Positions 29,065 through 39,741 of a stretch of 64,000 nucleotides of DNA are shown piece by piece. The notes below the pieces were generated by a model that saw only the letters and a program-made list of their open reading frames with translations, was not told the DNA's origin and did no database searches. The position numbers and the translations under genes are program-made. The DNA comes from a virus (lineage: Duplodnaviria > Heunggongvirae > Uroviricota > Caudoviricetes): IMG/VR virus record IMGVR_UViG_2541047860_000002, one strand, 5' to 3'. Each line of letters starts with the position of its first letter. Positions within the stretch are counted from its first letter, which is position 1.

Positions 29065-30288
29065 TTATTTCCCATAAAGATCTTCTACACCCCCATTCTT
29101 CTTATCCCATTCGTTCGCCCATACCCGGCAAGCGTCAATGATTTCCTGACGACGATCTCCTTGCATGAACGGGATGCTTTCATGGAAACAGCTTGGAATG
29201 CAGGCCACACTGAATACAGTATCAAACTCCGTCTGCTTGATTGCCTCCAGCGTCTCCGGACGCATTTTTAATTCATCGATTGGCGCATCCTTAGAGTCCA
29301 TAATCCGGCGATATAAGCGCGGAAAATCCGTCTCCAGGTACGCCATAATTTTATCTGCGAGACATTCGTCTATGTCGGTATTCCAGTCCTTTTCGAAGCC
29401 CGGCAGGCGATAGTAAAGCGGCGTTCCCCATACCGATGGGATCACATCCATCGTTAACAGGCGATTGGTTCTGATTTGTTGATGGTAATTAGCCGTCAAC
29501 AGTGCTTCGCCACGCTGCCCTGTTTCCGCAACCAGGCCGTGCGGATACTCATGGATGTAGGCAATGGCATCCCTTCCATCATACATGAGTGGAAATGTCT
29601 CTGGTCTTTGTCCCATGCCACAAGCACGGTTCAGATCGTGACCAAGCTGTGAGCACTCTCGCTTTAATGTTTCGATAATGCTCTGCGCTGTAGCCAACTT
29701 TTTACGCAGTGTGACGCCTTCGCCTTGATAATCAATGCATTGCTGATTGAGCTTGGTTAAACGCTCTTTTAGTTCCCTGCGCTCTCTTTTCAGCGTGCGG
29801 TTATCCTTCTCCGCAACATCCAGCCGCTTTGTCAGGCTTGGCGGATAGTCTTTTTTGTAACGGTTCAAATCGGCTTCGGCAGATTTACGCAGTGTATTTG
29901 CCTGTTCAAGACGCGCTTCCAGATTGCCGATCTCATTACGCATATTCGCGGCAAATTGATTAACTGCATCACCTAGGCTTTCAACTGTCGCTGATACGCC
30001 TGTGACTTGTGAAAAACGGATCAAGCCATCATTAACGGCTTGTTGGTATTCCTCAAACTGATCCACCAGCTTATTGTAATCAACTGCCCCATCATCAAGC
30101 AGCTTGTTGATTTCCGCCACCAGGTTATCTGTAGTGGCAATGACACTCTCGTGCAGTCGCTTTGACAGGTCATCACCCGGATTCCGTTTCTGTATAAGAG
30201 CGATTTGTGTGCGCAGCGTTTCAATTGCTGTCGAGATAATTTCCAGATTAGAAGTATCAGTGTGTTGACTCATTGCTGTTCCCGTCAC
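29065..30288 (-). CDS. hypothetical coiled-coil protein
   Basis: 407 aa; N-terminal ~230 aa heptad-rich, C-terminal globular part with conserved Cys/His; probable start at the internal ATG (30273). Confidence 0.5.
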   Translation of the reverse strand: MTGTAMSQHTDTSNLEIISTAIETLRTQIALIQKRNPGDDLSKRLHESVIATTDNLVAEINKLLDDGAVDYNKLVDQFEEYQQAVNDGLIRFSQVTGVSATVESLGDAVNQFAANMRNEIGNLEARLEQANTLRKSAEADLNRYKKDYPPSLTKRLDVAEKDNRTLKRERRELKERLTKLNQQCIDYQGEGVTLRKKLATAQSIIETLKRECSQLGHDLNRACGMGQRPETFPLMYDGRDAIAYIHEYPHGLVAETGQRGEALLTANYHQQIRTNRLLTMDVIPSVWGTPLYYRLPGFEKDWNTDIDECLADKIMAYLETDFPRLYRRIMDSKDAPIDELKMRPETLEAIKQTEFDTVFSVACIPSCFHESIPFMQGDRRQEIIDACRVWANEWDKKNGGVEDLYGK

Positions 30289-30294
30289 TTTGTT

Positions 30295-30311
30295 AAATTA
30301 GTTTTCTAACA
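30295..30311 (-). promoter_or_regulatory. recurrent motif TGTTAGAAAACTAATTT (minus strand)
   Basis: Full 17-mer about 20 bp upstream of the probable start of the 407-aa gene. Confidence 0.45.
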
Positions 30312-30386
30312 TATTTTATTAGTTTGATGACGGTATCGGAAGATGCAATAAACAAAAAACCCGCTAATTGGCTGGTTTTTATGCAA

Positions 30387-30701
30387 TTACTGTGTTGCAG
30401 CCTGATAAATAAGATACGCGATAAATACAGGTACGATGGCCCATTGCAGCAATGAAAGTAGCCTCATTACTGTTATTGGGGTAACTCCATCCACGTATTG
30501 TTTCTCTGACATTTTCCCTAACCAACTAACCGACAACAGTGCCGAGTTTTCCCCCAATTCCAGCTCTCTGAGAGCTTCACGGATTAACGGCGCTGTCACA
30601 GCCTTAACCGGCGTGCTCAACGTGATACTCCGCGTCCTCCCCGCATCGTCAGCGAACGCCAGACTCACATGATATTTTTTGCTCAATGCACAAACTCCCA
30701 A
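30387..30701 (-). CDS. hypothetical protein with C-terminal membrane helix
   Basis: 104-aa ORF. Confidence 0.4.
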   Translation of the reverse strand: MGVCALSKKYHVSLAFADDAGRTRSITLSTPVKAVTAPLIREALRELELGENSALLSVSWLGKMSEKQYVDGVTPITVMRLLSLLQWAIVPVFIAYLIYQAATQ

Positions 30702-30897
30702 TCATCAGCGCTTGCACTTTCCGGGGTTATGTGAACCTTATCGCCAGTAACAATATTGCGAGCTTCAAAACTTCCATTGATACGTTTCGAGATCTCAATA
30801 CATAGAGCCTGCTGCCATGAGCGACGACGAGCGATAGCATTAGTTCCTGCAGGGATAAGTTCTGCCACGTTAAGTAAACGCAAAACGATTTCTCCGT

Positions 30898-31393
30898 TTA
30901 ATCAAGACAAACATACTCCGTGATAGCTTTTATGGCTTCAGCGGCACTGCGCGCCTCAAAGCAGTAGTAACCGGCTTCAGTGAGGCGGGTCATCCAGACG
31001 AGTTGTTCGGGAGTCAGGCGATTTCTCCCATGTTTCATCTCAATGCGCATTCCGTGGTATCCCCCCACAAGCAAGGTCTATAGAAAGATCGGGATATCCC
31101 TTCTTTTGGCCCTCTGCCACCATTTTTATTGCCGTCCTTATGCCTCGCAGGCCACCGTTTGGAGTGGCGTGAGTATGCTCATACACATAACGCATATTGC
31201 GATACAACCAGTCCAGGACGCGAACCTGCTCGTAATGCTCATGGTTCCTTTTGATTAGATCTGGGTTTTTCTCCAGTTCTCTAAGAGCTGCGGCATGTGG
31301 GGATGTTTCAGAATATTCACTGCGACGCCTTCTCTTTCGCGCTATTTTTCTAACACACATATTGATAGTAAATATGCGAAATAATAACAACAA
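30898..31393 (-). pseudogene. VRR-NUC domain nuclease, frameshifted at a C6/G6 homopolymer
   Basis: N-terminal frame (track ORF 31040-31393) carries the conserved NGG and PDL motifs then stops; the C-terminal E-x-K and LTPEQ motifs continue in another frame to 30898; a 5-nt tract would restore one ORF. Confidence 0.55.
31347..31355 (-). promoter_or_regulatory. recurrent motif TTTCTAACA
   Basis: Lies within the first codons of the VRR-NUC reading frame. Confidence 0.3.
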
Positions 31394-31529
31394 CGTTAGA
31401 TTTATAAAACAAGAGAGATACTACTCAAGGATGGTCTATATGCAACAGGTCGGATTTGCTTTTAGAGTAAAGAGTGACCTTAATCAACAAGGAGGGTAAA
31501 TCGCATGGCATTTACCCAACCTGTTATTT

Positions 31530-31790
31530 TTAAAGGGTTATTTTATCCTGTTCGGATAATTCTTTGATTGTCTTGTCGATTGCGATCAACCAACCTTCAT
31601 AGGTTAAATCATCAACAAGTTCTACCAACTTATCATCGGTGTGAGGAAAGTATACCCAGCTCCAGTTCGCGGGGTTTTCTGCTTTTCGCAGCGTAAAAAC
31701 CTTCTTGTATCGGTGGAACTCAAGGACATACCCCTTCGATATGGAATATTCCTTTAGGTCTTCGACCGTAAACCTACGATTCTTTCGCAT
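31530..31790 (-). CDS. hypothetical protein
   Basis: 86-aa ORF downstream of the DarB-like gene. Confidence 0.4.
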   Translation of the reverse strand: MRKNRRFTVEDLKEYSISKGYVLEFHRYKKVFTLRKAENPANWSWVYFPHTDDKLVELVDDLTYEGWLIAIDKTIKELSEQDKITL

Positions 31791-31792
31791 GG

Positions 31793-32227
31793 CTACCCCA
31801 TGATTCGATATTTCTCTATAGACTCGTCGTAACTTGTGTACACGTATGGCTCTGTATCATCGGCATAAGGTGCGACTTCCAGAGCATGAACAGGATTGTA
31901 TACCGCGTCATTTTCCAGGCGATCGCTCGAATACAGATGCCCAGCCAAAACCGTAAGCGCCGGGCGACTCATTTTGTAGATCTCTGCCACATCACTATCT
32001 ACAACTTGTCCAAATGATATGTCGCCGCGCTCCAGCAATAACGTTTTAAGCGCAGGCCACCACGGCCCATAAAGGTGATAAAGCTGTGGATCTCGTTTCA
32101 GCCTTTCCACCATGCCATTCAGATATGCATCCAGAAACGCCTCTTCACTCCTGCCATTGAGCGCCTGCGGCAAAATGTCCTCAAGGTAGGATTCCGTCGG
32201 TTTTACAGTGTCAATTAGTGTCGTCAT
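31793..32227 (-). CDS. hypothetical protein
   Basis: 144-aa acidic ORF immediately after the DarB-like gene terminator. Confidence 0.45.
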   Translation of the reverse strand: MTTLIDTVKPTESYLEDILPQALNGRSEEAFLDAYLNGMVERLKRDPQLYHLYGPWWPALKTLLLERGDISFGQVVDSDVAEIYKMSRPALTVLAGHLYSSDRLENDAVYNPVHALEVAPYADDTEPYVYTSYDESIEKYRIMG

Positions 32228-32263
32228 TCAAATTCGGCCCCGGTTGGGGCCGCTCCTTATCTG

Positions 32264-35200
32264 TTAAGCCGCATCGGCGATTATTTTACGCAGTTCATCT
32301 ACCGAGTAACGCGTAGATACCATCCACGCCGGACGGTCAAAGTCCACATCCGCGACAGGATTCACTTCAAAATTCCAGAAACGCCCGCCAATCTTCTTAA
32401 TCGCGTCTTTGGCGTTCCGTATTGTCGAGGAACCTGGTTGGTCGGCAATGAGATAAACCGCGCCAACGTCCTCGCTGACGCTCCACCAGCGCCCGCGAAC
32501 ACGCGCCTTAGCGCGAATAGGCTTATCATTAACCACAATGATATAGTCATCATTTGCCGCTTCATCAGCTCTGGCTTCAGCCACTGCCGCCTGCTCTTCT
32601 CTTTTGCTTTCAGCCTGCTCAAGCCTTTCCGCGATCTCTGATTCAGTGGCCCCGCCGTTTTTCAGCGATACATAGTCCTGCCACGTTGCCGATTTGAGCG
32701 TATCCGGCAACTCATTCACATAGTCGCCATCTTTCAACTCACGGGCGCGGCGGGTAGCCATTTCTACCAGGCGATTAACAGAAACAGCATCAGCAAAATC
32801 GTCCTTACTAATGTGTTTTTCATCAAATGCATTGATGACAGCCCCCACCTTAATCCACTGTGCTGCCGGTGATTCCAGGGGGTTATCAGCCTGGACAATG
32901 GCGAGTTTCGCTCCATCTACCCCATTATTCGCCAACTGTTCCAGCGCCGCCCATCCATCTGCATCACTGAGTGATTTATATTGCTCAAACAATGCATCGC
33001 GCCAGGCCACCAGCGCAGAACGTGTTTTTTCGATCTTCGCCTTAATTTTCGCGATCTTGACCTGATTAAACATCCGTTCAATATCATCGATATTGCTAAA
33101 GGCTTTCATCCTGCCCTGGAATAAACGGTATGCCAGCACGGTCCTCCAGAATGATTCCAGACCTTCTCCGGACGGTTTACGGAACAAGCTAAGAATATCT
33201 TCAGAAGTGACTTTATTAAGCGAACGACCTGACAGACCACGCCCAGCCATCCAGTTTTCGAACTCCTTGGCAACATCATCCATCGTTGCCTGTGCGCCCC
33301 ATGCCTGCATTCCCTGGATGTAATCATACCCATACAATGCCTGGAGGAATCCCTCTCCGTCCACGATATTCAGCGGGTTATCACTGGCTTGTATTTTTGC
33401 CACTTCACGCTTCAGCGCCTCGTCGTTGCCATCAGGATATATCCATCGTTCAGGTGCTATATCCGATGCTCGCCCGATTTTTTGGCCTATCACGCCATCA
33501 TAGGTCGATGACAGCGCGATCTGCCCATCATCTGTGCGATAGGCCCAGTATTTAATAGCTGATCCACCGCCCCATGCATTACCAGGTTTACCAGCAATAA
33601 CATTCATTACCCCATTGCGAATAGCATCATAGAACTGATCGCGAGTAAGTATTGTTGATAGCTGGTGGCACTGAACACCACGCGCAGCCGTTGCGCGCGA
33701 TTCAGCAACCCCCTCTTCAAAAGTTACCGCTTCAATCACAGAGTCAAACGGCAATGTAACGATTGACCCCGGTGATCGAGCGTAACGACTTGCTCTATCC
33801 AGCCAGGCGATACGACAGATGTATTGTGCTTTTTCACCGTCAATTTTTTCCACCCGGACAATCGCTGTTGTTTCGCGATCATCAATGACTGCACGGTAAT
33901 AACTACCTTTATGCAACAGGATATTCTTGTCAGTGCGCATATATTCCTGTGGGTTCTGAATAACATCGATACTGATATCCAGCACACCAGACTTAATAGC
34001 GCGCTCCACATCACCACGAGAGCGTTTCATTATGGTATCCGCGTCTTTTGCCCTGGTGATCGCAAACCGCAGCACCCGCGCACGTTTTCTGTAGCTACTC
34101 AACTGCTCAAGCGCGTATTTTTGCCCATTCCTGTTCGTACCCGCTTTTATCAGGTCGTCAAGATTGCGCTGGTAATACTCTATCTGTTCCATCGCGCTTT
34201 TCAGTTCTGTCTCCATCATGCCGATATCTTTTCCGGCGGCGTTTGCCGCTTTCAGGTAGATATCGAGAGCATTGTTGGCCTCGCGCTGTGCTTTCAGTTT
34301 CAGACGTTCTTCACGCTCTTGCGCCTGGCGAGCCATGATTGCGCGGCGTTCTTCCGGGTTTGCCGCCAGCATAATGGCGCGTTCATCAGCATCATCCACA
34401 TCACCATTGGCGATCTCTGACATGTCGGAGGTCATCACCATCTTGATCCAGTCTTTCTTACGTTTCAGCGTATCCAGACGGAAGTCGTCGAATGTGCCTT
34501 TGCCACAATAGTAGTGAACATTGACCTTCTCTTGCGGTGAACCTACGCGCGCACCGCGCCCATTTCGTTGGTCGATACTGGCTGGTGTCCAGGGTAGTGT
34601 CAGGTGGTGGATATCGGTTGTCCCGATGTGCAGGTTAATACCTACTTCAGCCTTCTTGTTACAGATTATGATGCGCGTGCGACCTTCGTTATAGTCGGCG
34701 GCAATACCTTCCATGCCCTCAAGGCCAGCATCATTTTTAGCTGAGAGATAATCCTCATATTGGGCAAGTTTGCTGTAGTAGGTTTCCCATGCCCCTTCTT
34801 TGTATTCACCGTTTTTGTTTGGAGTAGGTTCGGTCGGCTTATTCACCTTCTTCAGCTTGATGCCGCCAGCCTGGCTAACTGTCGTCGCATTGATAATGCC
34901 AATCTCCTGCTCCGGCATTTGCAGTGCACTGGCGATAATACGGCGCAGCTTCTGGTGCTGGGCTTTTTCATCAATAAAGACGATCTGCTTACCGTTCTTC
35001 AGACCTTCACGAAGATTTTCGATCAGCGCGGCATACTTCGGCGGGATGGGGTGCGATACCTGCTGCATATCAATACCGGCAGCCGCAATGGCCTTCAGTA
35101 TTTCAGCTTCCAGTTCAATGCTGGCACGTATTTCAACATGCGTCGGATGTTCACTAAAAGCGGTCTTCACTACCTTGCTGGTACGCGTACTGACCAGCCC

Positions 35201-38200
35201 GCCAGCGCCGTCTTCCTCGGCCTCATCAACATCATCTGCCACTTTACCACCAGCTACTTTTGGCAAGGCATCAGCAATAGCTTTTACCTGGTCTGCAAGC
35301 TCAACGGGGAACTGGAATGTAATCGCACTGGCATACAGATCCGGGTCTATAGCAACCTTGTCCATGTCACGGATGATGGAGAAGATGAAATCATCCGGTT
35401 TGTCGTTAGTGATATGCCCGTTTTCATCGACTGTCAGCTCATCATTGCGACTTAACTCCTGAGCACGCTTACGAAGTTCTTCATAAGCAGACTCCTGCTC
35501 CCCTGTCATCGGGATCTGCAAGGTGTTCTCGATGATGTCGGGAATTTTAACCGTCGCTCCGACATCTGCGGCAGTCTTCAGAGTGGTCCAACGATGGAAA
35601 ATACCACGCAGGCCATCAAGGTTCTGGAAGCCCACCAGCCCCTGCTTCTCTTCCACTTCCCCGGAAATTTTCTGGACCTGAACTGTGGCTGTTTTGCCAA
35701 ACACACGAACGAAATCATCAGGCGTAATGATGCCCATGCGCATCCACTCTTCCTGCGGAATGACAGTAGACAGCATGTTGAAGGCATCAATCGGACTGTT
35801 CACCAGCGGAGTTGCCGTCAGCATGACTACACCACGTCCGTTGTTGCGTTTCATCATGTACGCAGCTTTTACAGCCATGTCGCGGGCCATCTTGGATACT
35901 GCCGGGTTAGGCAAATATGCCAGTTGTCCCGCTTCACGCCCGGCATTAAAGGAGTTGCGGTAGTTATGCCCCTCGTCGGCAATCACGCTATCGAAGTTCA
36001 TATCCTCAAAGTACGGGATATTCTGCTTCTTCGTTGTACCGGTATTCGCGGCCTGATCCTTAATCTTGTTCTTCTTCTGTGCATCACGGTGTTTGCCAGA
36101 CGCCAGGTCAAGACGCCCCATTTCCACAGCATTAAAGACAGCTTGCTGTGAGTTCTCCTCGATGGTTTTTTCTCGTAGCGGGATAGACGCGAATTGTTCT
36201 TTTGTCATGATGACCGTTCGCCAATTTGACGACGGGATCATGTTCATGCGCTGAACGATAACGGCGCTGGCGGACTCTTTCACAACATTTCTGGTAAGAG
36301 GCTGCCCGTTACTGTCGAGGCGTGGTTCGCCATTTTCATCAAGCACCGGCGCGGTCAGAATATTTCCGCTGTCATCACGAACTTCATCCAAACCGATAAA
36401 CATCATATTGGCGAAGGCATCAGCACTGTAGAAACTCTGTGCCTCGTGATACCAGTTCTGATAAACCGCCTTCGGAACAACAATACACGTGCGTTTAGTG
36501 CGACCTGTTTCGAAGTTATACGCCTCAAGCGCAAGCGCGGTCGTGGTTTTACCCAGCCCGGTACCAAATCCCATGATGCCGCGCCCATCTTCTGACAAGC
36601 GACGAACTTCTTCATTTTGATAAGTCAGAGGAATGCGCTTTCCACTAATCCCTTCCAGGCCAAGCGGTGCGTTAGAGTGCGTGAACGGAATGAAGCCATT
36701 GAATGCGTCGTTATAGTCACGGGCTATCTGATCCGCCTGCGGGTGGGTGCGTAACCAGTCGTTAAAGCTAACTTCCAGTTGAGCAATTTTATCCAGGTAC
36801 TCGTTAGCGTTCTGCCCACGCGGTTTAACACCGTTCAGGTAGTTTTCTAACTGGTTCAGGAAGCCGTCTTTATTGTTGGCCTTCTTGAACTCATTCCCGT
36901 TTTTGCCGTTTACGGTTCGTAGCTGATAGCCGGTAAATACCCCGTCCTTACCTTCGTAATCGTCCGGAGATACCAGAATGCCATCGACGACCTTCAGATC
37001 AGGTTCAGTGTACTTAAACTCGTCATAGCCCTGCTCTGCCAGGAACTCTTTTATCAAGCGGCGATCCAGCCAGCGGGCATTCAGATTAACGGTGACTTTA
37101 TTTAGTGGCGTGAAAATGCGTTTCTCTTCGATTTTCGCCAACTGACGCTCAAAGTTCGCTTTCTGCTCACCTGTTGACGCATCACGCCAGCCCACCAGCA
37201 ATGCTGTTTTGGTTGCAATATCGCCGCTGGTGGCGCGGTCCATCGGCAGCAGGCAGCCATACCCATCAATAGCGATATCATCAAATTTCGCTAGGTATTC
37301 AAGGGCCGCGTCGTCGTCCTCTGGCAATTCACCAGCAAACGCCTCACGAAAGTCGCCCAGCGTTATAGGATTAAGGGCTACATCACTGAAAAGATGTGCT
37401 ATCACTTGTTCAGGACGTGTAAAGTCAATACCGGCAGCACCATCCGTTACATCAAGTCGCCCTGCCAGAAGGTCAGAAGTGGAACCATCCTGTTTCACAT
37501 TGCCAGTGAACGTCATCCAGTTTTTAGCGCCAGCTTCAGCAAGCCCATTCAGCTTAATCGCGTGCGGTGGTCCATACTTCGCAACTTCTGCTGCCGCCAG
37601 GCGGGATGCATCTGCCAGTTTGTCATCAACGTTCACCCCCAGGTTACGCAAATCAAGTGCCTTGTTGATCAACTGCCCTATCAGCGCACCGCGCATAACG
37701 CGCTCTCTGTCTTTTTCTCGCTGCTTGCCAGCAAAGCGAATCATTGCTGCCACTTCATCACTGACAACCGATGGATAGTCGGACGCGATCGCCGATATCT
37801 GGTCCCATGACAAAGCCAGAATCCCGTTTGTTGACTGGAACGCGATCTGCAGATCGCCAAACGTCGAAACACCATATCGACTTACATCAAGCGCGGAGGA
37901 TTTGGTTGTCGTGTCCTTAACCCATTTCAGGCCATCAAACTCATGCCAGATACCGCCTACAAGGCGTTTATCGCCCACTTTCGCGCCCTGCCATGCCTGA
38001 GTAGTTACGCCGAGCAAATCCCAATTGATGCGACTATCAAAGCGACGAGATAGCGCGGTTTTCATCGACTCATTGGATACACGGCCGTCTTTTTTCACCA
38101 CTAGGGTATTGCGGAAGCTGGTACGTTCCATGTCGCCGTAAACAAACCGCTTCCCTTCGGTTGTAAACCATTTTCCTTTGAGGAAGGTATCCCAAAGGAC

Positions 38201-39100
38201 GTTTGCCGATTTGAGCGTGGCATCATCCGTGTCGGGGATCATCTCCAGGAAGGTTTCCGGGTGTTTACGCAATACCCATACGTCCACCACGGTATCTGTA
38301 CCGGATTCGCTGAACGTACCAGAAGGCATACGATGTGCGGCCAAAAATTCCGCTTTACGGCTGACTTTATCGCGCAATTTTTTGTATTTCGTACCATCGG
38401 TCATGCCATTCGGCACCACCAATACGATAAGCCCACCAGGCTTAACCTTGTCGATCGTGCGCAACACAAAATAATTGCCAACGTTCTTCTCGTTTGCATA
38501 TGCCGGATCAAGCCCGGCAACGCCGGAACGCCCTTCACCAAACGGTACGTTACCAACAGCGTGGTCATACATTGCATCTTTCGCCGCCAGCGCCTCAAAC
38601 GCCCCGATATTCACATCGTCTTCCGGGTGCAAAAGCTGGTTTATTCGACCAGAAATCGGAGACAGTTCGGCGCTGGTCATTATCATGCCCTGCCGTTTTG
38701 TCTCCTGGAAAATACCTGTGCCCGCTGATGGTTCCAGTACGTGCCCGCCATCAATACCGTAGTCAGCAAACAGATCCCATATACCTTCAGCCATAAACTG
38801 TGGCGTGTAGTATTCGTATTGGCTGCCCTCACCATCTGTCAGGCCGCCTTCACCGGTATACCCGGCAAGAATCTGACGTTGTTCGTCAGTTAATTTCGCC
38901 CCATCGAAGCCGGGCGGAAGGGAATTAAGAAGATTTACTGCGGCGTTGTTTGCTGCACGGCGTGTTTTCTGAATACTGACGCCATCGGCTTTCCTGACGC
39001 CAAAGGTCGCAACAGCACGTAATTTATGCAACCGACTAACAATTTCAATCAGTTCGCCTAAGCTGGAGGCTTCACTGATTGAATGAAGTAATTTGTCCAA
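32264..39100 (-). CDS. darB: DarB-like anti-restriction protein (N6-adenine methyltransferase plus DEAH helicase)
   Basis: 2278 aa; methyltransferase motifs (EPSAGTG, NVPFG), Walker A GFGTGLGKT, DEGH box; size and architecture match P1 DarB as recalled. Confidence 0.85.
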   Translation of the reverse strand: MDKLLHSISEASSLGELIEIVSRLHKLRAVATFGVRKADGVSIQKTRRAANNAAVNLLNSLPPGFDGAKLTDEQRQILAGYTGEGGLTDGEGSQYEYYTPQFMAEGIWDLFADYGIDGGHVLEPSAGTGIFQETKRQGMIMTSAELSPISGRINQLLHPEDDVNIGAFEALAAKDAMYDHAVGNVPFGEGRSGVAGLDPAYANEKNVGNYFVLRTIDKVKPGGLIVLVVPNGMTDGTKYKKLRDKVSRKAEFLAAHRMPSGTFSESGTDTVVDVWVLRKHPETFLEMIPDTDDATLKSANVLWDTFLKGKWFTTEGKRFVYGDMERTSFRNTLVVKKDGRVSNESMKTALSRRFDSRINWDLLGVTTQAWQGAKVGDKRLVGGIWHEFDGLKWVKDTTTKSSALDVSRYGVSTFGDLQIAFQSTNGILALSWDQISAIASDYPSVVSDEVAAMIRFAGKQREKDRERVMRGALIGQLINKALDLRNLGVNVDDKLADASRLAAAEVAKYGPPHAIKLNGLAEAGAKNWMTFTGNVKQDGSTSDLLAGRLDVTDGAAGIDFTRPEQVIAHLFSDVALNPITLGDFREAFAGELPEDDDAALEYLAKFDDIAIDGYGCLLPMDRATSGDIATKTALLVGWRDASTGEQKANFERQLAKIEEKRIFTPLNKVTVNLNARWLDRRLIKEFLAEQGYDEFKYTEPDLKVVDGILVSPDDYEGKDGVFTGYQLRTVNGKNGNEFKKANNKDGFLNQLENYLNGVKPRGQNANEYLDKIAQLEVSFNDWLRTHPQADQIARDYNDAFNGFIPFTHSNAPLGLEGISGKRIPLTYQNEEVRRLSEDGRGIMGFGTGLGKTTTALALEAYNFETGRTKRTCIVVPKAVYQNWYHEAQSFYSADAFANMMFIGLDEVRDDSGNILTAPVLDENGEPRLDSNGQPLTRNVVKESASAVIVQRMNMIPSSNWRTVIMTKEQFASIPLREKTIEENSQQAVFNAVEMGRLDLASGKHRDAQKKNKIKDQAANTGTTKKQNIPYFEDMNFDSVIADEGHNYRNSFNAGREAGQLAYLPNPAVSKMARDMAVKAAYMMKRNNGRGVVMLTATPLVNSPIDAFNMLSTVIPQEEWMRMGIITPDDFVRVFGKTATVQVQKISGEVEEKQGLVGFQNLDGLRGIFHRWTTLKTAADVGATVKIPDIIENTLQIPMTGEQESAYEELRKRAQELSRNDELTVDENGHITNDKPDDFIFSIIRDMDKVAIDPDLYASAITFQFPVELADQVKAIADALPKVAGGKVADDVDEAEEDGAGGLVSTRTSKVVKTAFSEHPTHVEIRASIELEAEILKAIAAAGIDMQQVSHPIPPKYAALIENLREGLKNGKQIVFIDEKAQHQKLRRIIASALQMPEQEIGIINATTVSQAGGIKLKKVNKPTEPTPNKNGEYKEGAWETYYSKLAQYEDYLSAKNDAGLEGMEGIAADYNEGRTRIIICNKKAEVGINLHIGTTDIHHLTLPWTPASIDQRNGRGARVGSPQEKVNVHYYCGKGTFDDFRLDTLKRKKDWIKMVMTSDMSEIANGDVDDADERAIMLAANPEERRAIMARQAQEREERLKLKAQREANNALDIYLKAANAAGKDIGMMETELKSAMEQIEYYQRNLDDLIKAGTNRNGQKYALEQLSSYRKRARVLRFAITRAKDADTIMKRSRGDVERAIKSGVLDISIDVIQNPQEYMRTDKNILLHKGSYYRAVIDDRETTAIVRVEKIDGEKAQYICRIAWLDRASRYARSPGSIVTLPFDSVIEAVTFEEGVAESRATAARGVQCHQLSTILTRDQFYDAIRNGVMNVIAGKPGNAWGGGSAIKYWAYRTDDGQIALSSTYDGVIGQKIGRASDIAPERWIYPDGNDEALKREVAKIQASDNPLNIVDGEGFLQALYGYDYIQGMQAWGAQATMDDVAKEFENWMAGRGLSGRSLNKVTSEDILSLFRKPSGEGLESFWRTVLAYRLFQGRMKAFSNIDDIERMFNQVKIAKIKAKIEKTRSALVAWRDALFEQYKSLSDADGWAALEQLANNGVDGAKLAIVQADNPLESPAAQWIKVGAVINAFDEKHISKDDFADAVSVNRLVEMATRRARELKDGDYVNELPDTLKSATWQDYVSLKNGGATESEIAERLEQAESKREEQAAVAEARADEAANDDYIIVVNDKPIRAKARVRGRWWSVSEDVGAVYLIADQPGSSTIRNAKDAIKKIGGRFWNFEVNPVADVDFDRPAWMVSTRYSVDELRKIIADAA

Positions 39101-39250
39101 AGGATTTCCCCCTCTAAACCGTAAAAATTCCGCTATGCGGTACGGTTGAGAGGGTATGGAGAATGTTATTTTCAGGGGGACGATACTACCGTCAAAATCA
39201 CATACTCCCCATAGTTTGCCTACTTATTAACCCATGACCGGGAGAAAAAT

Positions 39251-39736
39251 ATGGCAAACATTGAACCTCGCTGGCTAATTGAAGCCCGTAAGCACATTGG
39301 CCTGACTGAAATAAAAGGCGCTAAACACAACCCTGAAATCGTTCAGTTCTGGCGCGACATCAAGCGCGGCGGAATTAAAGACGATGAAACGCCGTGGTGC
39401 GCAGCATTTGTCGGTGCAATGCTGGAACGTGTAGGCATCCGCTCAACAAGATTTGAGTCGGCAAAATCCTATCTGGATTGGGGCGAGAAATTAGATACAC
39501 CGGCATACGGATGTATCGTTGTATTTACCCGCGTAGGCGGTGGGCACGTAGGCTTCGTTGTCGGACGCCGCGCCAATGGCGATCTGCTTGTCTTGGGTGG
39601 GAACCAGGGGGATGCGGTTAATATTCGCGCATTCCCAACATCAAGAGTGTCAGGCTATCGCTGGCCTGCTGGCGAACCACGCAATACCGCTCTGTTACCA
39701 GTCGGAGACGCAGCAACCTCAACTAATGAGGCATGA
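39251..39736 (+). CDS. putative cell-wall hydrolase-like phage protein
   Basis: 161 aa with a conserved Cys (WCAAFV) and His (GGGHVGFVV) suggestive of a CHAP/NlpC-P60-type fold; assignment tentative. Confidence 0.4.
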   Translation: MANIEPRWLIEARKHIGLTEIKGAKHNPEIVQFWRDIKRGGIKDDETPWCAAFVGAMLERVGIRSTRFESAKSYLDWGEKLDTPAYGCIVVFTRVGGGHVGFVVGRRANGDLLVLGGNQGDAVNIRAFPTSRVSGYRWPAGEPRNTALLPVGDAATSTNEA

Positions 39737-39741
39737 AAAAA

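Noticed and set aside
30683-30883. 66-aa TTG-start ORF between the VRR-NUC pseudogene and the 104-aa gene
   Set aside because: Weak start codon, no clear RBS and no recognisable motif; kept only as a doubtful ORF.
32362-38796. More than twenty track ORFs of 60-230 aa nested within or antisense to the DarB-like gene
   Set aside because: All lie inside a continuous 2278-aa ORF with clear enzymatic motifs; they have no RBS context and low-complexity translations, typical of spurious frames.
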